Counted from the stretch's first letter, positions 10,831-23,489 are shown. The stretch: DNA of 64,000 nucleotides from Pristiophorus japonicus (GCF_044704955.1 NC_091987.1:85002001-85066000); one strand, 5' to 3'. Made by a program: numbers and translations. The notes: generated from the letters alone by a model not told the origin.

Positions 10831-13575
10831 GCAGGGTGTCCCAGGGTGTGTGTCAGTATTTAGAGGGGTTCCCTGGGTGTGTGTCGATTTTTACAGGGTG
10901 TCCCCGGGAATGTGTCAGTGTTTACAGCGGGTACGTAGGAGTGTGTCTGTATTTCCAGAGGGTCGCCGGGAGTGTGTCAGTGTTTACAGGGGGTCCCCGG
11001 GAGTATCTCAATATTTACAAGGGGTCCCCAGGGAATATGTCAGAATGTACAGGAGGTGTCCCCAGGATTGTGTCTGTATTTACAGGGAATGTGTCAGTAT
11101 CTACAGGGGTTGTCCCAGGGAGTGTGTCAGTATCTACAGGAGGTCCCCGGGAGTGTCTCAGTGTTGACAGAGGATCCCCAGGTGTGTGTCAGTATTTACA
11201 GGGACCCCCGCTAGTGTATCGGTGTTTACAGGGGGAGCCCTGGGGGTTGTCAGTATTTACCGCGAATTCCCGAGAGTGTGTCAATTTTTACAGGGGTCCC
11301 CGGGAGTGTCTCAGTGTTTACAAGGGGTCCCCGGGAGTGTGTCAGCATGTACGGGGGTGTCAGTATTTACAGGGGGTCCCCGGGTGTGTGTCAGTATTTA
11401 CAGGGGTCCCCGGGAGTGTCTCAGTGTTTACAGGGGGTCCCCGGGAGTGTGTCAGCATGTACGGGGGTGTCAGTATTTACAAGGGATCGCTGTGAATCTG
11501 GCAGTGTTTACAGGGGTCCCTGAGAGTGTGGAAGTATTTACAGCGGATCCCTGGGGAATATGTCAGTATATACAAGGGGAGTCCACAGGAATGTGTCTGT
11601 ATTTACAGCGGATCCCCAGGGAATGTGTCAGTATCTACAGGGGTTGTCCCAGGGAGTGTGTCAGCATGTACGGGGGTGTCTGTATTTACAGGGGGTCCCC
11701 GGGAGCGCGTCCGTGTTTACAGGGGGTACCCGGGAGTGTGTCAGTATTTACAGGGACCCCCGACAGTGTGTTGGTGTTTACAGGAGGTCGCTTGGAGTGT
11801 GTCAGGTTTTACAGGGGTCTCCGGGAGTGTGTCAGCATGTTCAGGGGTATCTGTATTTACAGGGGATCCCCGGGAGTTTGTCTGTATTTACAGGGGGTCC
11901 CCGGGAGTGTGTCGGTTTTTACTGGGAGTTCTCGGTAGTGTGTCAGTGTTTACAGCGGGTACCCAGGGGTGTGTCAGTAATAACAGGGGGTCCACAGGAG
12001 TGTGCCCGTATTTGCAGTGGATCCCCAGGGAATATTCAGTATGTACAGGGGGTGTCCCCAGGACTGTGTCTGTATTTACTGGGGATCCCCAAGGAGTGTG
12101 TCAGTATTTACAGGGGATCCCCGGGAGTTTATCTGTATTAACAGGGGATCCCCTGGTGTGTGTCAGTATTTACAGTGAGTCCCCGGGGAATATGTCAGTG
12201 TGTACAGGGGATGTCCCAGGACTGTGTCGGTATTTACAAGGGATCCCCAGGGTATGTGTCAGTATCTATAGGGGGTGTCTCAGGGAGTGTGTCAGTATTT
12301 ACAGAGGATTACCAGGAATGTGTCTATATTTACAGTGGGTCCCTGTGAGTGTGTCAGTGTTTACAGTGGGTCCCCGCGGTATGTGTCAGTATCTATAGGG
12401 GGTGTCCCAGGGAGTGTGTCACTTTTTACAGGGCATCCCCGGGTGTGTGTCAGTATGTACAGGGGGTGTCGCCAGGAGTGTGTCTGTATTTAAAGGGTGT
12501 CCTCTGGAGTTTGTATTTACAGGGTGTCCCCGGGGGTGTGCCCGTATTTACAAGGACCCCCGATAGTGTGTCGGTATTTACAGGTAGCTGCCAGGACTGT
12601 GTCAGTGTTTACAGGGTGTCCCCTGGCGTGTGTCAGTGTTCACAGGGGGTCTCCGGGGGTGTGTGTCAGTGTTTACAGGGAGTCACCGGCAGTGTCTCAG
12701 TGTTGACAGGGGGTCCCCAGGGGTGTGTCAGTATTTACAGGGACCCCCGCTAATGTGTCGGTGTTTACAGGCGGTCCCTGGGAGTTGTCAGTATTTACCG
12801 AGAGTTCCCAGGAGTGTATCAGTATTTACAGGGGGTCGGCGGGAGTGTGTCAGCATGTATGGGGATGTCTGTATTGACAGGGGGTCCCCGGGTGAGTGTC
12901 AGTATTTAGAGGGGGTCCCTGGGTGTGTGTCGATTTTTACAGGGAATCCCCGGGAATGTGTCAGTGTTTACAGCGGGTTCCCAGGAGTGTGTCTGTATTT
13001 ACACGGGGTGACTGGGATTGTGTCAGTGTTTACAGGGGGTCCCCAGGAGTGTATCTGTATTTACAGTTGGTCTCCAGGAGTGTCAGTGTTTACAAGGCAT
13101 CATCGGGGAGTGTGTCAGTACTGACAGGGGGTCCCCGGGAGTGTGTCAGCATGTACAGGGGGTCTCTGTATTTACGGGGGATCCCCAGGAGTATGTCGGT
13201 ATTAATGGGAGTTCCCGGGAGTGTATCAGTGTTTACAGCGGGGTCCCTGCGGGTGTGTCGGTGTTTACAAGGGGTCCCCAGGTGTGTGTCTGTATTTATA
13301 GAAGGTCCCCGGGAGTGTGTCAGTGTTTTCAGGGGGTATCCAGAAGTGTATCGGTATTTAAAGGTAGTCCCCTGGAGCGTGTCAGTATTTACAGGGGGCC
13401 CCAGGAATGTGTCTGTATTTACAGGGCGTCCACAGGAGTGTCTGTGTTTACAGGGTGTCCCCGGGGAGTGTGTAAGTATCACAGGGGGTCCCGGGAGTGT
13501 GTAAGTATTTCCATGGAGTCCTTGTGGAATGTGTCGATATTTACAGTAGGTCCCTGGGGAGTGTGTGGTTATTTA
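10830..13575. repeat. Degenerate ~30-31-bp minisatellite GGGAGTGTGTCAGTATTTACAGGGGGTCCCC (~90 units)
   Basis: Periodicity; produces repetitive spurious ORFs; blocks recur, e.g. ~10845-10990 at ~12895-13050. Confidence 0.95.
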
Positions 13576-13580
13576 CTTAC

Positions 13581-15330
13581 TTGGTGACTGAGGTGAACTC
13601 GCCCCAGATATTGGGGGAACCCTCTGCTGGCTGTGAGCCCGGGCTGGGCCCAAGGACACGGGAGTGACATCTAGCCTGACATTTGTAAAAGATCGGACAG
13701 AGACTGGTGTCACAGAGGAGTCAGCAATAAATGTCTTCCTTCAACTAACCCTAGTATTCTCCAATAATGTCCCAAGATCTCCTCCTTTTTGAGGCAATGA
13801 CCCCCACAGTGGGATGTAAGGGTTTTGTTGATGAGCTATTCGCCCGTGAGGGGCTTCACAACCAATCCTAAACATTGCCTCTCCCGCGCACAGGCTCTAC
13901 GCACATGCTCCATACATGCTTACCCCCTCACAAGGGTCATATAATCATAGAAATTTACAACACCAAAGTAATTCATTTCGGCCCATCGTGTCCACGCCAG
14001 CCGACAAAGAGCTATCCAGCTAAATCCCGTTTTTCAGCCCTTGGTCCGTAGCCCTGTAGGTTACGGCACTTCAAGTGCACATCCAAGTACTTTTTAAATG
14101 TGGTGAGGGTTTCTGCCTCGATCACCTTTTCAGGCAGTGAGTTCCAGACCCCCACAACCCTCTGGGTGAAGAAATTTCCCCTCAAATCCCCTCTAACCCT
14201 CCTACCAATTACTTTAAATCTATGCCGAATGGTTGTTGACCCTCTTCTGAGGGAAATAGGTCCATCCTATTCACTCTATCTAGGCCCCTCTTAATTTTAG
14301 ACACCTCAGAAAAGTTTCCCCTCAGCCTCCTCTGTTCCAAAGAAAACAAACCCAGCCTATCCAACCGCTCCTCATAGTTAAAATTCTCTAGTCCAGGCAA
14401 CATCCTCATAAATCCCCTCCGTACCCTCTCTCTAGTGCAATCACATCTTTCCTGTAATGTGGTGACCAGAACTGATCGCAGTATTCTAGCTGTGGCCTAA
14501 CAAGTGTTTTGTACAGTTCAAGCATAACCTCCCTGCTCTTGAACTCTTGGGCCATTGGACAGCGAGTAGGAGCAGTGATTCCGGTTGATTTGCAAACCCC
14601 ACCACCCCCAGCCCAGCCCCGGGACATCAAGCTCCAATCATGTCTCTATTCCTGCACACCGGTCGAGATCAGGTTAACTCAGACAGGGCCAGGGATGGGG
14701 GCTGGGCCTTCCCTGCGAGCGCTGTGTGGACAGGTCCCACGTGTATCCCACCTTCCCCTCCACCAGTACCTGCGTTGCTGTCTTGTTGGGCTGGGGGCAG
14801 GGGTTGGGGTCAGGGTGGTGACCTTCCTGCCGGGCGAAGGCAGGAGTGGGACGCGACCTCCGGTTCCTCCTGTAGCCCGCGGCCTCGATATGTCCCACTT
14901 TTTAATGTTCTGGAACGCCAGCAATAGAATGATCCCGCAATCAGAGCGCGCCCTCAGCTCCATTTACCCGCCCTCCTGTAACATTTCACAGAAACAGGCC
15001 ATTCGGCCCAACCGGTCTCTGCTAATTGCAGCCTTCTGCCCTTAACCCAGCACAGCCCAGGGGTGAATGTGTGAGGCCTCCCCAGGTCGGTCAGCTCCAT
15101 GCTATACTGGGCAGCGGGGGGGCGGGAACTGAAGGGGGTGGTATTAACAACAAGGGGTTGTTGCATTTCGGTCATCAAACTGTGGCCCCGCCCACCACCA
15201 GCGGGACCCACAGAACCGCCTCTCTCCCGCTCGCGGTCCCCGGGGCCTTCGCTCCGACCTGGTCCGCGCGGCCCAGACTCGCCGTCGCTCTTGGCAAATC
15301 CACTTCCGGCGTCCGTGCGTCACTTCCGGT
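13581..15330 (-). other. Putative spliced gene head-to-head with ZNF-A: exons ~15330-15259, 14909-14770, 13675-13581; product unknown
   Basis: Donor CAG|GTCGGA; acceptor CTATTGCTGGCGTTCCAG with donor CAG|GTACTG; acceptor TCTTTTACAAATGTCAG with donor CAA|GTAAGT; tandem ETS sites at the start. Confidence 0.45.
13945..14547 (-). mobile_element. CR1 3' fragment
   Basis: LVRPQLEYC, LEQRRLRG and FFTQRVV..WNSLP motifs. Confidence 0.88.
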
Positions 15331-15945
15331 CAGCGGCTGGCTGCCCTTATGTGTTTCCCCTGGCAACTGGGGAGAGAACTTTAAAAACAGCGATTAATTC
15401 ATGAAAGGTTCGCAGCAGTCTGTTTATTTTTATGATATGATTCTCCGCTTTATCATTTTATTATAAAACAAACAAATGCCAGGTTGTTTTATATATTTTA
15501 AAAATCGCGCACTGGGGCCCTCCCGCCGCATTTCTGTGACATCACAACGTCATTGCCCTGGGGGAGCCCAGTGCGCAGGCGTGGGCTGTATGTGGAGCAT
15601 GCGCAGTGTGTCATTGTTCAGAGCGGACGCGGGCTGTGAGCGGGCGGAGGCCGGACACACAGTTTGGAATTCAACGTGAATCTGCGGGGCGCAGGGGAGT
15701 AACGTACTCGACAGGTGGGCTTCATAAACACCTGGTGCAGGTCGTTAACCCGGACTAAGGAACAACAGGTCTTGAGTTTGCAACTCCCGGGCGTTTTCGC
15801 GGTAACAGGCCCAGGCTGACGGTCGCCATCTTTGTAAAGCATACCTAGAGGTTAGTGCGCCAGCATCGTGCTTCATCGAGCAGTAGAGCGCATGCGTGGC
15901 CATCTTTGTGACAGAACAATGTGTGGGCGGGGCTTCAGGGTCCCA
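15180..15945. promoter_or_regulatory. CpG-rich bidirectional promoter region of ZNF-A and the upstream minus-strand gene
   Basis: Two ACTTCCGG ETS/GABPA sites (15302, 15322); NRF1-like GCATGCGCA (~15597) and GCGCATGCG (~15888); YY1-like GCCATCTTT (~15825, 15899). Confidence 0.7.
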
Positions 15946-16755
15946 GTGAACCCAGCCAGAGTCAGCACCTTCAGGGGAGGAGAGGGAGGAGAACCAGTGA
16001 GTGTAGAACTGAACCCAGCCAGAGTCAGCACCTTCAGGAGATGAGTGGGAGGCAACCAGTGAGTGTAGAACTGAACCCAGCCAGAGTCAGCACCTTCAGG
16101 GGAGGGGAACCAGTGAGTGTAGAACTGAACCCAGACAGAGTCAGCACCTTCAGGAGAAGAGAGTGAGGGGAACCAGTGAGTGTAGAACTGAACCCAGCCA
16201 GAGTCAGCACCTCCAGGGGAGGAGAGGGAGGGGAACCAGTGAGTGTAGAACTGAACCCAGCCAGAGTCAGCACCTCCAGGAGATGAGTGGGAGGGAACCA
16301 GTGAGTGTAGAACTGAACCCTGCCAGAGTCAGCACCTCCAGGGGAGGAGAGGGAGGGGAACCAGTGAGTGTAGAACTGAACCCAGCCAGAGTCAGCACCT
16401 CCAGGAGATGAGTGGGAGGGAACCAGTGAGTGTAGAACTGAACCCAGCCAGAGTCAGCACCTCCAGGGGAGGAGAGTGAGGGGAACCAGTGAGTGTAGAA
16501 CTGAACCCAGCCAGAGTCAGCACCTCCAGGAGATGAGTGGGAGGGAACCAGTGAGTGTAGAACTGAACCCAGCCAGAGTCAGCACCTTCAGGGGAGGGGA
16601 ACCAGTGAGTGTAGAACTGAACCCAGACAGAGTCAGCACCTTCAGGAGAAGAGAGTGAGGGGAACCAGTGAGTGTAGAACTGAACTCAGCCAGAGTCAGC
16701 ACCTCCAGGAGATGAGTGGGAGGGAACCAGTGAGTGTAGAACTGAACCCAGCCAG
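15946..16755. repeat. ~55-63-bp intronic minisatellite (~13 units)
   Basis: GAACCAGTGAGTGTAGAACTGAACCCAGCCAGAGTCAGCACC plus a variable purine linker. Confidence 0.95.
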
Positions 16756-17235
16756 ATTTCAGGACAGGGATTTATGTGACGGGGATTTACAGCTTTGGAG
16801 GAACGAGAGAGGAAAGAATGCTCCATAGAATCAGTACTTGCAGTAATGATTTTTGTAAACTCCTTTTGCAGGGTATGAGAACGGGTAGATTTGCAGACCT
16901 GAAAATTAAAACAAACATCACATCAAGATCTGAGAGAGTCACTCGATTCAACAGGACCTAAATATCATCGGCTTTTGCATGTGGAAGGAGAAATGTTTGT
17001 CTGTTCTGTCTGTGGGAAAAGATTTCAAATATCAGTGTGACTGGAAAAGCATCGAGACGCACACACCCGAGTGAGAGTGTTCCAGTGCACTGCCTGTGGA
17101 AAGAGCTTTAACCAGTTATACAGCCTGAAAAAACATTGCACCATTCATAGTGGGGAGAAACCGTACACGTGTTCTGTGTGTGGACGAGGCTTCAACTGAT
17201 TGTTCAACCTGGAGAGACACAAGGACACCAGCACC

Positions 17236-17694
17236 ATGGAGAATCCGTGGAAATGTGGGGACTGTGGGAAGGGATTCAATTATCCATCTGAGCTGGAAAT
17301 TCATCGCCGCAGTCACACCGGGGAGAGACCTTTCATCTGCTCCATGTGTGGGAGGGGATTCACTCAGTCATCCAGCTTGGTGAGACACCAGCGAGTTCAC
17401 ACTGGGGAGAGGCCGTTCACCTGCTCTGAGTGTGGGAAGAGATTCACTCAGTCATCCACCCTGCTGAAACACCAGTATGTTCACAGTGGGGAGCACCTGT
17501 TCACCTGCTCCGTGTGTGGGAAGGGATTCACTATCGTATCCGACCTGCTGAGACACCAGCGAGTTCATACTGGGGAGAGGCCATTCACCTGCTCTGAGTG
17601 TGGGAAGCGATTCACTCAGTCATCCCACCTGCTGCTACACCAGCGAGTTCAAAAGTTACTGCAGGGTTTGGATTCTGCTGTTACCCCAGACTGA
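17236..17694 (+). CDS. C2H2 zinc-finger protein ZNF-A (4 intact + 1 degenerate finger, no KRAB)
   Basis: Kozak GCACCATGG; CxxC...HxxxH fingers with TGERP linkers; exon acceptor at 16871; last finger H->Q. Confidence 0.8.
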   Translation: MENPWKCGDCGKGFNYPSELEIHRRSHTGERPFICSMCGRGFTQSSSLVRHQRVHTGERPFTCSECGKRFTQSSTLLKHQYVHSGEHLFTCSVCGKGFTIVSDLLRHQRVHTGERPFTCSECGKRFTQSSHLLLHQRVQKLLQGLDSAVTPD

Positions 17695-18102
17695 ATCATT
17701 CTGACAGTTTCTTTCTGCTGATATTGATTCCCCCTATAACTGGGCTGGAGTTTAATATTTTGGATATTGGACCAATTAATCAATGGGAAAAGGGTCAGAT
17801 AAAAATAACGTTGATTGTGTTTGCATCCATACTTCACTGTTTAAAGGCATTTCTTCAAATACTGAAAGCTGCAACAAATTGAGCTGAACTTTGTTGAATC
17901 ATTGAGAAAACCATTGAATCTGCAGGTTGGTTTTGGATTTCTCTGGGATAGAGCTGGACATGATGTGCATTGAAATACCGCCGGTGTCCAGTAGATGACG
18001 CTGTCCCTCCAATTAACTCCGACTGAGGGGTGCGTGACTGCCCCCTAGAGCAGGAGGAATGTGGGCAGCTCAGGGTCAGACATTGCACATAATGTCCCCT
18101 CT

Positions 18103-20085
18103 CTGGATTATTTTTACTCCAGACAGGGATGTACAATTGCTGAAGTTCATCCATGTGATCTTTAAATGTTTGCCATTGCTTAACCACTGTCAACCCTTTA
18201 AGTATCCTCTGCCAGTACATCTCTGCCTAGAGTAAAAATAAAACAGGGAAGGTGGCTCAACCGTGGCTAACAAGGGAAATTAAGGATAGCGTTAGATCCA
18301 AGGAAGAGACATATAAATTGGCCAGAAAAAGCAGCAAACCAGAGGACTGGGAGAAATTTAGAATTCAACAGAGGAGGACAAAGGGTTTAATTAGGAGGGG
18401 GGAAAATAGAGTACGAGAGAAAGCTTGCTTGGAACATAAAAACTGACTGCAAAAGCTTCTATAGATATGTGAAGAGAAAAAGATTAGTGAAGACAAACGT
18501 AGGTCCCTTGCAGTCGGACTGAGGTGAATTTATAATGGGGAACAAAGAAATGGCAGACCAATTGAACAAATACTTTGGTTCTGTCTTCACGAAGGAAGAC
18601 ACAAATAACCTTCCGGATGTACTAGGGGACCGAGGGTCTCGTGAGAAGGAGGAATTGAAGGCTATCCTAATTAGGTGGGAAATTGTGTTTGGGAAATTGA
18701 TGGGATTGAAGGCTGATAAATCCCCGGGGCCTGATTGTCTGCATCCCAGAGTACTTAAGTAAGTGGCCCCAGAAATAGCGGATGCATTGGTGATCATTTT
18801 CCAACAGTCTATCGCCTCTGGATCAGTTCCTATGGACTGGAGGGTAGCTAATGTAACACCACTTTTTTAAAAAGGAGGGAGAGAGAAAACAGGCAATTAT
18901 AGACGGGTTAGTCTGACATCAGTAGTGGGGAAAATGTTGGAATCAATTACTAAGGATGAAATAGCAGTGCATTTGGAAAGCAGTGACAGGATCGGTCCAA
19001 GTCAGCATGGATTTATGAAAAGGAAATCATGCTTGACAAATCTTCTGGAATTTTTTGAGGATGTAACTAGTGGAGTGGACAAGGGAGAACCAGTGGATGT
19101 GGTGTATTTGGACTTTCAAAAGGCCTTTGACAAGGTCTCGCATAAGAGATTGGTGTGCAAAATCAAAGCACATGGTATTGGGGGTAACGTACTGACGTGA
19201 ATAGTGAATTGGTTGGCAGACGGGAACCAGAGAGTAGGGATAAACTGGTCCTTTTCGGAATGTGAGGCAGTGACTAGCGGAGTGCCACAGGGCTCAGTGC
19301 TGGGACCTAAGCTCTTTACAGTATACATCAGTGATTTGGATGAAAGAATTGAGTGTAATATCTCCAAGTTTGCAGATGACACTAAACTGGGTAGCTGTGT
19401 GGAGGATGCTAAGAGGCTGCAGGGTGACTTGGACAGGTTAGGTGAGTGGGCAAATGCATGGCAGATGCAGTATAATGTGGATAAATGTAAGGTTATCCAC
19501 TTTGGTGGCAAAAACACAAAGGCAGAATATTATCTGAATGGTGGCAGATTAGGAAAAGGGGAGGTGCAATGAGACCTGGGTGTCATGGTTCATCAGTCAT
19601 TGAAAGTTGGCATGCAGGTACAGCAGGCGGTGAAAGCGGCAAATGGTGTGTGAGCCTTCATAGCTATCGGATTTGAGTATAGGAGCAGGGAGGTCTTACT
19701 GCAATTGTACAGAGCCTTGGTGAGGCCTCACCTGGAATATTGTGTTCAGTTTTGGTCTCCTAATCTGAGGAAGGACATTCTTGCTATTGAGGGAGTGCAG
19801 CGAAGGTTCACCAGACTAATTCCAGGGATGGCTGGACTGACATATGAGGAGAGACTGGATCAACTGAGCCTTTATACACTGGAGTTTAGAAGGATGAGAG
19901 GGGATCTCATAGAAACGTATAAGATTCTGACGGGACAGGTTAGATGCGGGAAGAATGTTCTCGATTTTGGTGAAGTCCAGAACCAGGGGACACAGTCTTC
20001 GGATAGAGAGTAGGCCATTTCGGTCTGAGATGAGGAGAAACTTCACTCAGAGAGTTGTTAATCTGTGGAATTCCCTGCCGCAGAG
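18103..20085 (+). mobile_element. CR1 ORF2 fragment with a short inverted 5' segment (18103-18218)
   Basis: RT motifs QHGFMKRKSCLTNL, GVPQGSVLGP, KFADDTKL; antisense 5' piece ILKGLTV..QWQTFKDH. Confidence 0.92.
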
Positions 20086-21464
20086 TGGATAGTATTGGAC
20101 TAATTGAGTCAGACTTTAGTGAAGTGGATAGGCTGGTACTCAATATTGAGGGCGAGTCACTGGCGAGCTGTGACGGGGATTTTTGCAACAGGTACAGGGT
20201 CAGCAAGAAACAGAAATAAGTGCTGGAGGAAACAGAGCACATAATATAATGGAGGATGCACTGAAAGCAGGAAGAACACTTGTAAAGACACTGAGAAAGG
20301 CAGAACAATGTGCTGATATAGGAACAGGAGTCGGCCATTCAGACCCTTGAGACTGTTGAACCAGTCAATTAGATCAATGACTAACTCCGAATGCAGAAGA
20401 CCAAATCATAGAGGAAGAAGTAGTTCAGAAGCCTGAGAACACGGTTAGGACAAAGCTGCAGTTGGTGAGCTGCAGTGAGGTGGGTGGTGATGAGTGTGGT
20501 AATGATGATGAGTTGGTTACCCAGGGATAGGGTCTGTGCACATTGAAGATAAATGACAAAAGGTACTGGAGCAGCAGGAGGGGCTAAATGACAATGTAAC
20601 AAATCCTGTAAGAGCTCTGAACCCTCCCATGCAAGGATGGCCGAGAAAATCAAGGCAATTCCCTGTGTTATCCTTCCTGTTCTGGGTGAAAAAGATGTTT
20701 GTAAAACAAGTCGCAAATATGAATAACTGTCAGTCAACTTGTGGCTAAAATAATACTGGGACTTTGAAAAGTAAATGGTGGTGTTCTTGTGACAATAAAT
20801 GGGAGAGAGATGACCAAATAAAAACAATGGAATTGGTCAGGAACATTGGAAGTAGCTGTAAGAAGCATTTACATTGGAGGAGGGAGGTGGCCAGGAGGAA
20901 AGGTGATCCACATGATATTGATTACAGAGTGGAATCTAGACAGCAGGTGGGTGATATACAAGAACCAGGTAACATTAACAAGGGTAAACTTGGGGCCAAA
21001 AGATGGAACATCGACAGTAAGCTGTATAGACGTGAATGCTGAATGCATTCGGAATCAGCAATTCCAAAACACGAGGTTACTGCAGCACTCGGGAACTCCA
21101 GTGTTGTGGGAATATTATAAATATGGCTGACTGCAGAGGATGGTGCACAGGGACAGGAGGAGCCTGTTCCACCATTCAGTTAGATCTGTACCTCAACTGC
21201 ATTTACCCACTTCTGCTCCATATCCCTTGATGCCCTTAACCAACACAAATATACCCATCTCAGTCTGGAAAATGGTGAATTGTTTGATCCTTGCATTCAG
21301 TCTCTTAAGGGAGAGTGTTCCAGATTGCCACAAACCCGTGAATGAATTTTTAAAAAAGTATTCAGGCACAGCAGAGTGGACAGCAGGGATATGATGTGGG
21401 CCTGGATGTCAAAGACACCGAGGAGATTAAAGCTGTTGATCCTGTGAAAGAGGTGTCCAATTTA

Positions 21465-22308
21465 TTCCCACACCCAATCCTTTCCCCATAACCCTGCAAA
21501 TTAGTTCTCTCCAGCTACATGTCCCATTGCCCTTTGAACGTCCCGATGGAATCTGCTTCCACCGCCCTTTCAGGTTCCAAATCTGAAAACATATCTCCAC
21601 ATTTCCCCTCTAATTCTCTTGCCAATTATTTTAGATCTGTGACCTCTGGCTCCCGATCCGGTTGCCAGAAGAAAGGTTTCTCCCGTTTGCTCAATCAAAC
21701 CCCCTCAGAATTTTGAATACCTCCATTAGGTGTCCCCTTGACCTTTGCTGCTCCAAGGAGAACAATCCCAGCTTCTGCTATCTCTCCACTTTACTGAAGT
21801 CCCTCATTCCTACTCTCATCCTAATAAACCTCCTTCTTACTCTCTCCAAGATCTTGACATTCTTCAAGTGTGATTCCTAGAATTCTACACAATACTCCAG
21901 CTGAGGCCTAACCAGTGATTTGTAAAGGTTCAGCATGACTTCCTTGTATTGAATTCAATGCCCCTGTTTATAAAGCCAAGTATCCCACAAGCTTTCTTCA
22001 CTGTCTTATCAACTTGCCCTGCCACCTTCAAAGATTTGTGAACATTTACCCCAGTTCATTCTGTTCTTGTGCAACCCACAAAATAGCACCATTTAGATTA
22101 TACTACCTCTCCATGTTGTTCTTCCCAAAGTGCATCACCTCACACTCAGCCACGTTAAACTGTACCTGCCATGTGTCTGCCCATTTCTCCAGTCTATGTA
22201 CTCCTGAAGTCTGCTTCTATCCTGCTCACTATTCACTACGTTGCCAAGCTTAGTATCATCTGCAAACTTCAGAATTGTACTTTCTATCCCCAAGTTCAGG
22301 TTATTTAT
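21465..22308 (-). mobile_element. Old CR1 RT 3' fragment interrupting a TRIM exon
   Basis: INNLNLGIESTILKFADDTKL begins right after the truncated TRIM exon. Confidence 0.8.
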
Positions 22309-22783
22309 CTACAACAAGGAAAGCTTATCATGAATTGTCTCGGGGGTTCTCAGATTTTTCTCCATTCTGAATAAAATATCATCTTTTTCCTCATTCAGTT
22401 CTTTGACCAAATTCTGTTTATTTTCATCCAAAATATTGCGCAATGTAGAAAATTCAGAGTCGATGAGGTTCAGCGATTGATTCGACTGTTCCTGTGAAGA
22501 CAAAAAAAGTTTGTTAAAAAAGAAAGCAAAACTATCGCAGGTCACCAGCACCATTGATCACAATGCTTAATAAACATCAAGCCACGCTGCTGAAAATGCA
22601 CAGGGATAGAGTTCTGTTAGCCAGGCATGGGATACATAACACGCTAACTGTACAGGCACAGCCCACATCGGCCCACTGAGAATTCACCGTCATTTCAGAG
22701 ATGTTCTCTTGCTGCTCAAACTCAAAATCGTTAAAAGAGGTTTTCTTCTGCCTCAGAGAATGTAGGATTGTCTTCATTTTCTC
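22309..22783 (-). pseudogene. TRIM-family coiled-coil exons (96-bp exon 22783-22688 plus truncated exon 22491-22309)
   Basis: Exact 96-bp phase-0 exon EKMKTILHSLRQKK...QQENISEMT with AG/GT; next exon EQSNQSLNLIDSEFSTLRNILDE...RMEKNL is typical of the TRIM coiled coil and ends in a stop at the CR1. Confidence 0.8.
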
Positions 22784-23489
22784 CTGGGATTGAAACTCCG
22801 AGATCTGAAGATAATTGGCAAATGGCAAAAAAAAAACGGGGTAAATGAGGGGATATATTTTTACACAGCAAGTTATGGTGATCTGGAGTGCCCTGCCTGA
22901 AAGGGCGGTGGAAGCAGATTCAATAGTAACTTTCAAAAGAGAATTGGATAAATTGTTAAATAGGAGACATTTGCAGGGCTCTGGGGTAAGAGCAGGGAGT
23001 GAGACTAATGGGACAGCTCTTTCACAGGCACGATGGGCCGAATGGCCTCCTCCTGTCTGTGTGTGTCTATGATTCGAGGAGCTGACAAGAGGGCCACGGC
23101 GCTGCTAAAATTAAAAAAATTAAAAGTAAATTTATAGTTTGTACAATCGGCAAAGTGTTAAACTGGACAATGTGACCCCCTCCTTCACCTCCGCATTCCT
23201 GACCCATCTCCTCCTCACATCCCACCCCCTTCTCCTCACTGCCCCATCCTCTTCCCCCATCTCCTCCCCACATCTTAACCCACATTCTCCCTCCTCCTCA
23301 CCCCCATCCCCCCGTCAACCACACTGTCCCCCTGCTCACCCACCACCCACATCCTCCCTCCTCCTCACCCCATTCCGCCTCCTTACACCTATCCTCACTT
23401 CCCACCCCACATCCTGCTCCAAACCCCATCCCACCTTCTCAATCCCCTCCTCCTCTTACCCCAGCCTTCACCCCTCACCCCCCTGGGTA

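Noticed and set aside
10829-13587. Many overlapping Cys/Val/Gly-rich ORFs
   Set aside because: Artifacts of the ~31-bp minisatellite, open in several frames
15946-16755. CRISPR-like repeat with variable spacers
   Set aside because: The linkers are short recurring purine variants, there are no cas genes, and the context is a vertebrate intron
17038-17199. Selenocysteine recoding of the ZNF leader TGAs
   Set aside because: The TGAs are not at Cys positions, no SECIS was recognised, and the ZNF-B leader has frameshifts
20088-20215. Plus-strand SCDGDFCN resembling a Ly6/uPAR terminus, or a minus-strand PRY start after an acceptor-like site
   Set aside because: Too short; other cysteines are missing and the PRY reading needs several frameshifts; not supportable by eye
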